From positions 84,630,001 to 84,694,000 of the forward strand of contig OX597818.1 in the NCBI GenBank assembly GCA_951406725.2: DNA of 64,000 nt. The letters are read 5' to 3'. Position 1 is the first letter of the stretch; every line of letters starts with the position of its first letter. This DNA comes from Octopus vulgaris. Taxonomy: Eukaryota. Both the position numbers and the translations under genes were made by a program. Of the stretch, positions 41,264 to 54,762 are shown one piece after another. Under the pieces are notes generated by a model. That model was given only the letters and a program-made list of their open reading frames with translations. It ran no database searches and was not told the origin of the DNA.

Positions 41264-41778
41264 CGAGGTCTATTCCAGAAGTTTTGAGACTTTTGGGGGT
41301 GTGGCAGTTATAACTGTCCTAGATTATTGTAATTTTAGTATATAATTAGTATATTTCTAATAATCTAACCTGCCAACTTTATTATTCCAGAGTGAAGGAG
41401 ACAGTAGCAACAGCAGCCGTCCAAGAATTTGGACCTGGAGATCTCCATTTCCAGCGACTTCGAGGGTCACCTCCCAGTGGTCTCGGGCGTTAACGAAGAG
41501 CCCTCGACTACAAGACGACCAAAGTTTTTTTTTTCCAAGGTCTGGGGTTTCACCTCCCTAAGCCCTAGACCATCACCTAATCACCCTTACCCGTCTTGTT
41601 GCTTAACAACAACAACAATAGCAACAGCACTTTGAACGCGCCCTACTAAACACTGCTTATTATAGCTTTCAAGTTAGTAGAATGCAGTCGGGATGTGATG
41701 ACAATTTAGAGGCTCGCTATGCAATGAAGTTTTGTGTTAAACTGGATAAAAACGTTACAGAATCTTATATGCTCCAGA

Positions 41779-41871
<93 letters not shown>

Positions 41872-41877
41872 ACCCTT

Positions 41878-41908
<31 letters not shown>

Positions 41909-42710
41909 CTCTTAGGCCTCTTGATTCCTCGGGGAACGTAGGGCCGCAACAACATTTTCCCAGCGGCCGCGGTTCTGGAGGATCCTCTTCAGCTCGGCCC
42001 ATGTCATTCCGGCTGCCCTCACCTCTGCGTCGACACACCTGCGCCAAGACTGTTTTGATCGGTCCACTTTTCGCTTCCACCGTGGGTTCCAGTCAATGGC
42101 TGCTTGGTGACATTTGGTGCAGATTGCTTATAGATTAACTTTTTCGCTGGCACAGGAAGTTCAAGGGCAGTAGAGAAGAAATGAGAGACGATGAGAGGTA
42201 TGGGAGGGAAAATGACGTCAGAACATCAGAGCTAGATGAGAAAATTCATGTGTTTATAAAGGCAATAAGGACCCAGTTTGGAGTTGCTGGGGTAATTACT
42301 CAGAATTATTCATGAAAATCTGAACCATCACAAAATTTTTGCAAAGTTTGTTCCCGGAGTGCTCCGTAAAGATTATCTTTTTAACCGACAACTTGACAGA
42401 GATGGACATTAAAACTGTCCATCATCCTCAGTACAGTCCATACCTTGCTTCCTATAACTTTTCGCTGTTCCACAAGCAGAAGAAGAAGCTCAGGGGTAGT
42501 TATTTTGAAGATGAAGGAGGTTGTGACAAGGGTCCTGGACACCTTCACTTTAGGGAACTTCATTGGGACCTTTACAATATGATCAGTTTGCTATATCAAG
42601 TGCATTGAAGTCAGAGAAGCCTACTTTGAAAGAGATTAGAGTTTTGTACTTCTTTGAAGCTCATAAATGTCTCACCTGAAAAGGTGTGAAATCTTCTAGA
42701 ATGCACCTTG
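41264..42710 (+). mobile_element. Internally deleted mariner element with TIRs and TA TSD; foreign insert at ~41775-42135
   Basis: TIRs CGAGGTCTATTCCAGAAGTTTTGAGACTTTT vs rc CAAGGTGCATTCTAGAAGATTTCACACCTTTT; 'EARYAMKFCVKLDK' and 'HPQYSPYLASYNFSLF'. Confidence 0.8.
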
Positions 42711-43189
42711 TAATTGGTGAAAGAACTAAGTGTTCGTTGCTTCTTAAGTGAACATCATTGGTTTGTGTTTGGTAGATAGAATAGTTAGAGCACCGGAATA
42801 AATTTTCTATCAATCTTCTGACTCTTTATATTCTGAGTTCAAATACCACCGAGGTTAACTTTGCCTTACACCTTTCCCAGTCGATAAAATAAAATACCAG
42901 TCAAAGACCACAGTCGATACTCTGGACTAAATCCATTTTTTTTTAAATCGTTGCCCTTGTGCCTAAATCATAAACCATGAAGAGCGGTGACCTGCCGAAA
43001 TAGTTTAATGCATAGCGGCATATACTCTGAACACGGGGAATATTTTGTAAATAGAGTTGTTTATGTTCTTACAAGACCAACGTTGTGGCAGCGAAGCGAA
43101 CGATTGCTAGTCTTCATCAAAGGGGTTAGGCTTAAGAAATTGTGAAATGCGTCAAATTATTTTGGTTTTAGCACGAATTGAGGATGTAG

Positions 43190-43640
43190 AAATGGCAAGC
43201 TGAAGGTTTCGGAATGAAAGTGTGATGTAAAAAATTAGCTGAAAATGTGGAGAGAGTGGGGAGAAGTGAACTCTAAGAAGAAGATTAGGGAGGGTGTTAA
43301 GAATGTTATAGTTTGATAATTAGTATAGAAGGAAGATAAGGATCAATTAAAAAGCTAAGGATAAGGTAGAGGAAAGGCACTAGATGGAGTCAAGTTTGGA
43401 GGAGGGATATTACGACGAGAACGAAGGGGATAAAAAAAAGAAGATATGAGACGGGAGAGTGTGAATTTATAGAGTGTACTGGAAATGAAAGCGAATTGGC
43501 AAGGCAGATTTCGGTAGAAAGGTCAATATTTTGAAATAAACATAGGCACCTGTGATAAATAATGAAATTAGGGATATTGATTATGAAACAAAAAATTGAA
43601 ATTTAAGGATGTTAAAATTTATAATTTACAAATTTAAAGG
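43190..43640 (-). mobile_element. CR1/L2-like LINE 3' fragment
   Basis: The minus strand looks coding and ends in 'HHTFIPK'-like sequence; degenerate. Confidence 0.4.
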
Positions 43641-43743
43641 TTGAAAAATGTATTGCGAGTTATAAGGGGCAAAACTAATGATAATACCCATGATAAAACA
43701 GTAATAACTTTTTCATGTAGTGAAAATTTAATAACATTATTAG

Positions 43744-43804
<61 letters not shown>

Positions 43805-43806
<2 letters not shown>

Positions 43807-46520
43807 GTTTCTTTTATTGGCCACAAGGGCCGAACACAAAACAAACAGGGACGATACAATACAAGGGACAAGTGGGATGTTGAACAATGCCGTGTATACA
43901 ATAAGTAACAAAACAATTAACAAAACAATTAAACATTAAAATTTCCCCAAAACGTGGAATTCCTCACAAGGACAACAGAGGGTCTCGACATATTCTGGTT
44001 ATCCCGACTGCCAGATACACCTCAGCAAGCGCTTCTCTCCTTCTCAAACTCCTCCGGTTTACAAACGTAAGTTCACAGCATTAGGTATTTTCCCGTTCTG
44101 CTGCCACAAGTCTGGTATATGAAAATAAAGTTCGAAAGGCAGACCATCCAACCCTGGAAACTTCTCCCTTGTGTAGCTCGTCATCGCGTCCCGTATGTCT
44201 TCGGCTGTTATCAGCATTTCACAGCACTACGCATCCCTATCCGAAAGGCGCAGCATATCGTCGAGGTAGGAGGTGAAATTTGTTTCCATCCCCGACACAC
44301 TGTGCGACCCGAACAGTTCAGCGAAGTGCCGCTGATACTCTGCACACATCTGCTAGGATTCGTGCAGCATACGCCCATCTCGGCCCATCTAAGACCGAAT
44401 TATGGCTTTGTTACCACGTTGCACCTCTGCCAACCGGGGCCCATCGAACGGCTTTTGTTCCCTCATGTCTCAGAGCACGCACCCTATCTCTGACAAGGCA
44501 ACCTCCGTGTTTGGCATTGAAGAATAGAACAAGAACCAATCTCACCGCCATCACGTCAGTCGCAATGTCACTCCTAAGCACCTCATCTAGATTCCTAACT
44601 AGCTCTCCCCCTATCCTAGATTCCTCTAAGACTATTTCCTTATTACATCCTACTGCCTCTACTCTAATAGCCCTTATCAGCGTTACCCTCCAACGGCTGT
44701 TGACGATTGCTAACCCGATTTCTAAATACTTGACACTCTTGGAATCACGCGTTCAACTCTAGTATGCGGGTCCCTACCTATGAATCCTATCTAGGTCGAT
44801 ATGTATATCACAAATTTGTAGTCTGGGTAACCGACGATTTTGAACTGTGGACAGCTTATGCTACTTGTATCTGCTGGCCTACAGAATATACTATCTAAAT
44901 TCGATCTGGAAGACCCGGTGCTGTTTGCCCATGTCCACATCGGCGCATCCAGAAAATCCAGTTGATACCTGTCAGCCAATTGAAAACAACTGAGCAGATT
45001 TGTGAAGCTTTTGCACCACCCTCTCCTATCGGATAACCCCACCCTATCCAGGCGTGCATCCAAAATGGCTTTCTAATCGCCCACTAGAACTAAAGAGCGA
45101 GATGTCTCTAGGAAAACTTCCAGAAGTCTGAAGAAATCTGGCTGCTCCGCTCCACTTGAGGCGTACACAGCGACTAGTCTCACAGCACCACCTTCGCTTT
45201 ACACACATCTAGGACCACCAGCTTACCTTCCGGGTCCAGGAAGATCGTTTACCTCGAGATCCATGCTTTTTTAAACAGCATTGCCCCTACCCAGATTCCA
45301 GGCCAAATAAGAGATGCGTAGATCTAAAAATCGTCAAAAACGGGTACCAGATTGCGTGTGTCGGAAATCTTGGTTTCGCTGATGGCTATCACATCTATAG
45401 ATAGTAACCTGAGGTCGTTGAACAGATGTCCCTGCTTCTAGAGCAACCCCAGGTCACGAACATCTACACACTCTGATCAATCCCATGTCGAGCGGAAAGA
45501 GCTGTGAGAAAAGAAAGAGCGAGATTACTTGCTCTACCGGTGCTGTTGGCAACCGACTGACCTGGCATCCGATTCTGGCTGTAGGTTCTCTGGAAACTCT
45601 TTTAAAAGTCTTTTTGAGGCTGTTATGTTGGAGGTTCCCACGTCGTGTGGAAAGACCTCCCAGGTGTTTTTGTATGTTGTTAGTGACATACGCACTCGTA
45701 ACAGCTCTTCTGGTACTTCAGGGGTACACGTGTCAGCAATTGCCCCATCTCTCTTAATCTCTTTATTTTGGACTGTGGAGGCCATGAGATCTTTATTTGT
45801 TCTCACTAGCACAAAATTCGGGGTCTGAGAATTTAACAGTTCTTCCGAAAGCTTTCTATTGTGGGGGAGGTGCGATTGTGGTAGTGTTAGTTGTGCTGGT
45901 GGTGCTAGCTTTTGTTGTGTAAGCGGTTGTTGCGCTGGAGGGTTTGTTGTTTGTGTGACGGCACATTTTGTGTTGGTGTTGAACCGGATGTTTTTGTTCT
46001 GCCCTTTCTTTTGTTTTGGCTTTTTTGCTCCTCCAGATCCTCTTTTCGGGGTATGTAGAAATCAGAGTCTGTGTTCTCCCTCCTTGATCTCTTCACCACC
46101 GGGAGATTATCGCTTTCATTTATTACCACACACGCGAGTACCCACTACAAATCTAACTCTTTTATGGTAATCTTCACCGACCTTCTTTCCATATACGTAG
46201 GGAAGAGCATAAATTCTTGGCTGCAGCAGGCGGCCACTGATTCTTGAATAGCCAGGGACTCAGTTTTGAATAAAACCTCCACTGCACCGAACTGCTTTGC
46301 TCTCGATATATGACCGATGTCCTGCCATATATTCTGAAGGGTTCTTTCTATCTGGGCGGTCGTTGCCGTTTCTAGCTGTTTTGATTAACGGCTAATGCAA
46401 CGGTACGTTACTATTTTTTTTGCTGTATTCGAAATATTTGTCGTGGAGATATTAATTCAGCTTTTCTACCATCTATTTTCCGATACTTAGCAGGGTACGC
46501 TAATTTAGAGGATTATTCCG
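43805..46520 (-). mobile_element. Tx1/L1-like LINE remnant (ORF1, AP endonuclease, C-terminus; RT apparently deleted)
   Basis: 'WTWANSTGSSRSNLDSIF' and 'YPDYKFV' correspond to APE 'SRID' and 'SDH' motifs; the 3' end abuts the (AAT)n tract at 43746-43805. Confidence 0.65.
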
Positions 46521-46573
46521 CTAGAAAGAGTAAAAAGAGTTCTTTTGAGGCGACTGCGCTGGCGAAAGAAATC

Positions 46574-46610
<37 letters not shown>

Positions 46611-47496
46611 GTGTGTTTGTAGTCACTTGCGCTGTTGCTACCATTACCACCACCACCACTGGCTCCAACCACTCCGTCACCACCGCTATCGTTGCTCCTG
46701 TCGTCGACACCTGTGTTGTTGTCACTGATACTAGCTGTCATTACTGCTTTCACAGTTCTTGCTGTCACTATTGCCACTATCACCATTGCTTTTGCCACTT
46801 TCATTACCGCCACTTTTTTTACTGCAGTTATTGTTGTCGTAAACATTTTTTTCACACCTCATCTCTTCTTTCTTGACAGATTAGGGTATTGCCCCGTTTC
46901 TATCACTTTTGTCTCCTCCCCTTATTCTGCATTATTTTTGGCAAGAGAAGGAAGGGGAAGGAAGTGTTGAGCTGTAGGAAGCCTGATAGGAAAAACTGAT
47001 TTTTCTTTCACAAGAAAAACTGATAAGAAACACTGATTTTTCTTTCACAATTATTGTTTTTAAAACGCCTCACTGGCGATTTTTTTGGAGGGCCGAAATT
47101 TACCTCTTACAGGGTCAAACAACCTCAGAAAAACCAGCAACGGGTTCCTAAGATTTTTCAGTGACAGCTTGGGATTAAAATTCCAAACAGCACCAAACTG
47201 GTGTACGCAGTAACATTAATGAGAACTTATTGCGAGCCTACAGCGAATGATAATTACAATAATGGTTTCAAATTTTTCCACGAGGGCAGCCATTTTGGTG
47301 GAGGGTATGAGTCCATTACATCGACCCCAGTTCTGCAATGGTACTTAATTTATCGATCTCGAAAGGATGGAAAGCAAAGTTGACCTCGGCAGAATTTGAA
47401 CTCAGAACGTAAGGACGGCCAAAATACCGCTAAGCATTTCATCCAGCGTGCTAACGATTTTGTCAGCTCGCCGCCTTAATAATAATGTTAATAATG

Positions 47497-47570
<74 letters not shown>

Positions 47571-47719
47571 CAATGCCCTGATGCAGTATCTGATTTCAAC
47601 TGATTGAAAGTGTTACCATGTATTGTTCTGAAGAGTACTGCCCACATCCTATGAAATACATTGTCAGTTTCAAAATATCTGATCCTTTTAATATTCTTTC
47701 AAAACTGAAATATTAAAAA

Positions 47720-48229
47720 CTAGCAGTATCGCCCGGCGTTGCTCGGGTTTGTAAGGGAAATAACTATATAAGCATTTTTAGAGAGTTACTTCCTTTATAG
47801 ATGCCAATTCGGGCTTTCTTAGCCATTTCTGTTTTGGTGTCTTCAAGCCATGAAGTCGTTGTTCTAAAAGAACGCTGATCTCCTTGACAACGCATTACGA
47901 CGTTGATTTCTTTACACTCCCTTCCCCACAGCTTCACGAGGGAGGGAAGGGGGAGAAGCAAACAGGTGCAGATGTGAGCGTGGACGCCAACTCCGCCGCC
48001 ATCGACACACGAAAAATTATGCATTAAAATGGAATAAAAAATAATGTTAAATTATTTTTAAAATCGTAGACTCATCGTTGACGCGCGCTAATAGCCAGAC
48101 GGGCTCGATATGAATCACGACTATAAGATACCCGAATTTGGTTAAACTGCACCGCAAAATGTGGGAGGAGTTAGGAATCTAAATCGAAGGGGACAGACAC
48201 TCACACAACTAGAGTTTTATATATATAGA
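47720..48229 (-). mobile_element. Non-autonomous Helitron, complete
   Basis: Minus strand starts A|TC and ends with hairpin CCCGAGCAACGCCGGG then CTAG|T; no TSD; second copy at 63555. Confidence 0.85.
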
Positions 48230-48299
48230 TTTAACAAAATTTTAGTTCTCCTCTCTATCTATCCTATCCTATTTGATCCGATCCGATCTTATCCTATCT

Positions 48300-48700
48300 C
48301 TTGACCGTATGGTTGTTGGGGTATTCTTTTATGACGGCGCAACCAGATTTTGCTCCTTACTTCTCTCGATCTGCTGCTGGTCTCTGTGAATCAGCGAAAT
48401 AGAGGTCTGTCCATTCTTTGATGTTACAAGCCCATCTTTTTCCTGGGATGCCTTGCTTTAATCTACCTTCCAATGTAACACGCAACATTGTCTTTGCTAG
48501 GCCAGAGCATCTGGTAACATGGTCATACAATTTCAGTTCCCCTGTCTTTGTTATTTCAGCAGATCCTTATGTGGTCTAATAGCCTGGGTTATTCTCATCT
48601 TTACTTCGTTCTTCGTAGCTTTTTCCTTATACGAGAGACTTTCCTTTATAATACATCATTGCTAATCATAAGTAACATCCGTAATAAAACGTCCAACTTG
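48300..48700 (-). mobile_element. RTE-like LINE 3' fragment
   Basis: 'LKLYDHVTRCSGLAKTMLRVTLEGRLKQGIPGKRW' (cf. LxxxGHVxR...xxEGxRxRGRPxKRW). Confidence 0.7.
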
Positions 48701-48765
48701 CTGTAACTTGAGATCTCTGGATAACACTTGGAACAGCTCGTATAAAACAAAACAATAGCGTAAAT

Positions 48766-48780
48766 GCTACTACTACTACA

Positions 48781-48864
<84 letters not shown>

Positions 48865-48964
48865 AAGAAGAAGAAGAAGAAGAAGAAGAAGAAGAAGAAG
48901 AAGAAGAAGAAGAAGAAGAAGAAGAAGAAGAAGAAGAAGAAGAAGAAGAAGAAGAAGAAGAAGA
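48766..48964. repeat. (CTA)n(AAG)n microsatellite
   Basis: Seen directly. Confidence 0.95.
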
Positions 48965-49148
48965 TTGCCTTTAAGTGGTAACAGGTGTAGATAAGAGTGA
49001 CTAGAAAAGGAAAGCTAGTCTAGGATTTACACTGAATAGAACATAGTATGGAGGAAGTGGCTGATGAGGACTGCCAATGGTACTTGAGCTCATAATATTA
49101 ATATTGTTAGGAATGAAATCCATTTTTAGCTCACTTTCTGGTTCTCTT

Positions 49149-49190
<42 letters not shown>

Positions 49191-49228
49191 ATCTCTCTCT
49201 CTCTCTCTCTCTCTCACTTTCTTTCCTG

Positions 49229-50305
49229 TATCTTTGCATTGTATTTGTGTAACATTCTCCGTTTTTTCCGTCCTTGTTTTCGCAGACATTCGCTGCTTTC
49301 TTCCAAGGAATCTAATGCTCATAGCTTAGCTTTTCCTTGGGGCTGGCCAGATTGGAGCAATCTCGAGTATAACCAAATTGCAAAGATGATCTGGAACTCG
49401 AATGAGGAAAGAAAACTCCGAATGACCCGTCCTTGTTTTCTTTGTATCGTCTGTCTGGATGTTTGTTGCCCTTTTTTTGTACCACCTAACTGTCTGGATG
49501 TTTTGCGTTCTCGTCCCATTTTTGTATTTTTTATATATATAAAAACATAGCGGCGTACGTACACATTGGTCACTTATATGTAAGTATATTTTGTACGACT
49601 CTATTATTCTTTCATTCTTTCATTCTTTCTATCAGCCCTTTCACGCTTACTTCGTTCATTATATTCTTCGTTCTTTCGTTCCCCCTCTCTCACATTTCTT
49701 GGTCTTCTCTTCATGCTCACTTTTCCTCCTCTTTCCCTTCATTGTGTCTCTTTCATTTTTTCTCACTCCTCCTTAATTCTTCTATCCCTCTGCTTCTACC
49801 TTTCTTTCTTCTCTCCCCACGTAACTGGCGTTCATCCAAGCCTGACCTTTCTTTCTTGGTTCGACTACCATCCGTGCAACATCTATATTCTTCCTTGTGT
49901 CTGTTAAATCTTATGTCCCTACCCTAAGGCTTAATTTACACACAAGCCAGCTTAATTTAATTCGTCCTTAGTCGAAAGACACCTGTTGTCATATTCTGTT
50001 ATTTGCTTTTGTATTTGTGTAACATTCTCTGTTTTTTTATCCTTGTTTAGTATAAATTCGCTGCTTTCTTCCAAGGAATCTAATGCTCTTAGCTTAGTTT
50101 TTCCTTGGGGCTGGCCAGATTGGAGCAATCTTGAGTATAACCAGCCGAAATTGCAAAGATAATCTGGAACTTGACTGAGGAAAGAAAACTCCGAATGACC
50201 CGTCCTTGTTTTCTTTGTATCGTCTGTCTGGGTGTTTTGTTGTCCCTTTCTTGTATCACCTAACTGTCTGGATGTTTTGCGTTCTTGTCCCATTTTTGTA
50301 CTATA
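49229..50305 (+). mobile_element. Non-coding element with ~300-bp direct repeats (49229-49545, 50006-50305), pLTR-like tandem
   Basis: Two diverged copies, each ending in (TA)n, separated by a pyrimidine-rich spacer; homolog at 31315. Confidence 0.65.
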
Positions 50306-50332
50306 TATATACCGGAGTAAACATTTTTTTTT

Positions 50333-50385
50333 AACAAAACTGTCCGACGAACGGGAACGTGAAACTCCGAGTAACAGGTTTTGTT
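50333..50385 (+). ncRNA. Type I minimal hammerhead (best copy of the CCGACGA family)
   Basis: AACAAAACTGT CCGACGA ACG-GGAA-CGT GAAA CTC-C-GAG TA ACAGGTTTTGTT; predicted cleavage after GUA at 50373. Confidence 0.72.
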
Positions 50386-50404
50386 GAATTTCTGCTGCTT
50401 TTAA

Positions 50405-50470
<66 letters not shown>

Positions 50471-51040
50471 TTTATTTAAAAGCAGCAGAAATTCAACAAA
50501 ACCTATATATATCATCACAATGACCTTTTTATGTGCACAGTCTGTGACACAACATGCCTTTCTTTTGCTAGGCTCAAATCTCATTTGCGAACCCATGGAA
50601 AACGAACCTCCGGCAACTATTCTGCCTATATATTTGAGCACACCTTTGAATGCAATGAATGACAGAAGGTTTGCAAATCTAACGGAAGCATTTTAATATC
50701 CACAAAGATCAGAACTTATCTGCAGCTCTTGGTGGTCCAAGTCAAATATGCAATCGATGTGAGTGTCTTTTCAGAACGTTGCCTGGTTTAAAAAGCCACA
50801 TCAGATGCCATGATAGTTCTAAGGCATAGATATAAGAGAGGTAGTCAAACTCTGCATAAGCAGTAGACAACCACCATATATATATATATATATATATATA
50901 TTCTTTTATTCTGTTATTTTTACTGGTTTCATATATTTGACTGCGGCCATGCTGGAGCACCACTTTTACTCGAACAAACCCGCCCCACAACTTATTCTTT
51001 GTAAGCCTAGTACTTATTCTTTCGGTATATTTTGCCGAAC

Positions 51041-51261
51041 TGGCAGAAACGTTAGCACGCCGGGCGAAATGCTTAGCGGTATTTCGTCTGCGTTACGTTG
51101 TGAGTTCAAATTCCGCCGAGGTCGACTTTGCCTTTCATCCTTTCGGGGTCGATAAATTATGTACCAGTTACGAACTGGGAGTCGATGTAATCGACTTAAT
51201 ACCTATGTCTGTCCTTGTTTGTTCCCTCTGTGTTTAGCCCCTTGTGGGTAATAAAGAAATA
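51041..51261 (+). mobile_element. SINE with 17-bp TSD inserted into an opposite-strand SINE (50900-51350)
   Basis: TSD GGTATATTTTGCCGAAC at 51024-51040 and 51262-51278; B box GAGTTCAAATTCC. Confidence 0.9.
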
Positions 51262-51490
51262 GGTATATTTTGCCGAACCGCTAAGTTACACACGTAAACA
51301 CACCAGCATCGGTTGTCAAGCGGTGTTGGGGGAGACAAACATACACACACACACACACACACACATATATATGTTTGTGAGTGTTTGTGTGTCTGTGTTT
51401 GTCTCCCCCAACATCGCTTGACAACCGATGCTGGTGTGTTTACGTGTGTAACTTAGCGGTTCGGCAAAATTTACCGAAAGAATTTTGTTA

Positions 51491-51712
51491 AAACAAAACT
51501 GTCCGACGAACAGGGACGTGAAACTCCGAGTAACAGCTTTTGTTATATTTCTACTGCTTTTAAATAAAGTAGATATATATTTAAAAGCAGCAGAAATATA
51601 ACAAAATCTGTTACTCGGGGTTTCACGTTCCCGTTCGCCGGACAGTTTTGTTACCTCTGGTATTTGAGTACTCTTTCTTCCACCTTGTTCCATATGTATG
51701 TGCTTACTCCGA
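51491..51712. mobile_element. Inverted pair of HHR mini-elements (HHR motifs 51492-51544 plus, 51600-51652 minus) followed by the element tail
   Basis: Same family as 19945 and 50333; arms complementary around a ~15-nt spacer. Confidence 0.75.
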
Positions 51713-52878
51713 TATATATATATATATATATCTACGATGGGCTTCTTTCAGTTTCCGTCCACTGACAAGGCTTTGGTCAGCCCGAGACTATAGTAGAAGA
51801 CAGTTGCCCAAGGTACCACGCAGTAAGACTGTACCCGGAACCATATGGCTGGTAAACAAGCTACTTTATTTAATCAAATTTGCCATAAAGGCTGTACATA
51901 GATTAATGTAGCTTGCGGGCTGGACACGGACATTAATGAGATGAATGATAATGCTACAAGGATGATAAGGATGGGAGAAGACGAAAAGCGCCCGCCGACT
52001 TTTGCTTCTCTAAAACATTGTTCTTTTTTAAAAAAATATTGAATGAGGTATTAACCCTCTTACAATTTTTACACTTTATGGACTAAAAAGTCCACCACAA
52101 TTAAAAACAATTTAATAAGACGATAAACCTATTACATAAATGAGTCCTTAATAAACTTTCTTGCTTCCTGCAGGAATTTCTGCAGCCGCAAGTTGGAGGA
52201 CCATACACAAGTTCTATATTCTTCTTGTGTGGTAAGCAAGCTACTTACCACACAGTCACAAAGGGCAAAAGTAAGAATGACTCAAGGGCCGAGGGTTTAC
52301 ATATTCATACATATACATCGAAAGAAATAAACTATAGGTTATCGGCTCGATTTGCCAGTTTATGTGGCGTATATATAACCCTGAACGGAACCCCTGCCGT
52401 CACAGGACTACTCATATTTGCCAGCTGCGTGAACCGGAGCAACTTGAAATAAAGTGTTTTGCTCAAGAACACAACACATCGCCTGGCTCATGGAGTTGAA
52501 ACCACAACCATACGATCATGAGTACAATACGCAAACCACTAAGCCACTCTCTTCCGCCCATGCATACTTTCATACCTATATATATCATTGTTATATATTT
52601 TATGTCTTTTACGTTTTCGGTCACTAGACTACGGTTATGCTGGTGCTCCATTTTGAGGATGTTTAGTCAAACGAATCGGCCTCAGTACTTATATACTTTT
52701 AATCCTTTGCTAAACTTTATGTTTTTTCTCCTTTGCTGAACTGCTAGGTTACGAGTCACACACACACACACACACACACAAATACACACACACACACACA
52801 CACACACATTTACATATATAACGTTTGTAGTGATACATAAATCCAGAGAAGCATACTCTGAGATGTAGAGCAGTTAAC

Positions 52879-53009
52879 ATTATAGTGGGGTAGGCTGGTT
52901 TATGGGTTACCCTGGGTTTCTCGCTCATAAGGGTTTAGCATTAAGGCGTATCTTCAGACCCCAAACTCAACTAGCCTGAGACCAGTAGTGAGACCTACCC
53001 CACTATAAT
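52879..53009. mobile_element. Small MITE-like element
   Basis: 16-bp perfect inverted ends ATTATAGTGGGGTAGG / CCTACCCCACTATAAT. Confidence 0.55.
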
Positions 53010-53019
53010 ATTTAAGCAC

Positions 53020-53027
53020 ACACACAC

Positions 53028-53068
<41 letters not shown>

Positions 53069-53112
53069 CTCTTTTACTTGTTTCAAACGTTTGTCTGTGG
53101 CCAACCTGGAGC

Positions 53113-53147
<35 letters not shown>

Positions 53148-53163
53148 AACACACATATGTATA

Positions 53164-53233
<70 letters not shown>

Positions 53234-53236
53234 TGC

Positions 53237-53276
<40 letters not shown>

Positions 53277-53392
53277 GCATGTATATATATACGTACATAA
53301 AAAACATATGCCGATAGTTTATGTTGACGTATTTATGAGTGTGTGTATATATGCATATATATATTACGTATGCATACATATATATATAGGTG

Positions 53393-53450
<58 letters not shown>

Positions 53451-54007
53451 TATATATATGTACACACGTTTATATATATATATATATATATACGCATACA
53501 TACATACATACATACATACATACATACATACATACAGAAACACAAACACGCATACGGACACATATGCACGATAATCTACGGCCAACCAAGCGGGAGTTTG
53601 CTGGTTTGCTGGTTCATATCCTGTTATCGATGTGGCGAGCATCCATCGAACCATATCTATGAGCCAACTCCGATATCCGCTTGTAGTTATTGCATCATTT
53701 CTTATAAAGCTTTCCTCGGACGTGAGGTGCAAGACTGCTACATTTCATATCCCCCCGCTGTGGTTGGTCACCTATGGATACCAATGGTCACCACGGGTCA
53801 AGCAATTAACTGTTTATTTAGCACGTGAGACTCGTACACATACACACACTCAAACCTTCAAAGGCATGCACACTTAAACAGGCATCTACGTATTTATGTA
53901 TGTATGTGTGTGTATAAATATATATAAATATCTATTCCTATACATATATGTGTGTGTGTGTACATATATATATACACATATACATATACGCACATATATA
54001 TACATAT

Positions 54008-54076
<69 letters not shown>

Positions 54077-54713
54077 CAAATATATATATACATATATATA
54101 TACACGTATATATATACACAGATAGACACATATATATGCGTACTGTGTGTGTGCATGAGCATGTGTGTGTGTATGTGTGTGTGTGCGTTTCAAATATGAA
54201 ACTATATGTTATACATATACATTTATATGCATATACATATATACCTATACATACACACAGACACACACACACACACACATATAGGTACTTACATACATAC
54301 ACATATATATATCTGAGTGTTTGTGCGTGTATATCTATATTTATATATATATACATATATATATATATATACATATATATACATGTATGGGTGTATGTAT
54401 ATGTCTATATATATATGCAATATTTTCAACTTATACGTGTGTGTATGAAATATTTATATAAATTATACCACATATGAATATTCATAGATATACACTTATA
54501 ATTGATGTTTGCACACACACACACACACACACATACACACACAACTACAGGCACACAAGCATACACACACGCGTGCACGTATACACGTGCACATATACAA
54601 CCACACATACACACTCTGGGTGAGCGTAAGCACTATTTCCGTTTTGCATCAGATCAAGGAGATAATAAAGATAAACGGGGAGGGCGTAGGAAGCCTTAAT
54701 TGCCGTCTCAATG

Positions 54714-54762
<49 letters not shown>

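Noticed and set aside
47764-48024. ORF conserved between 47764-48024 and 63599-63850
   Set aside because: The similarity reflects two young Helitron copies; indels change the N-terminus and no domain is recognisable.
49952-50641. 229-aa minus-strand ORF
   Set aside because: It runs through a (TA)n tract and two non-coding repeats; a chance open frame.
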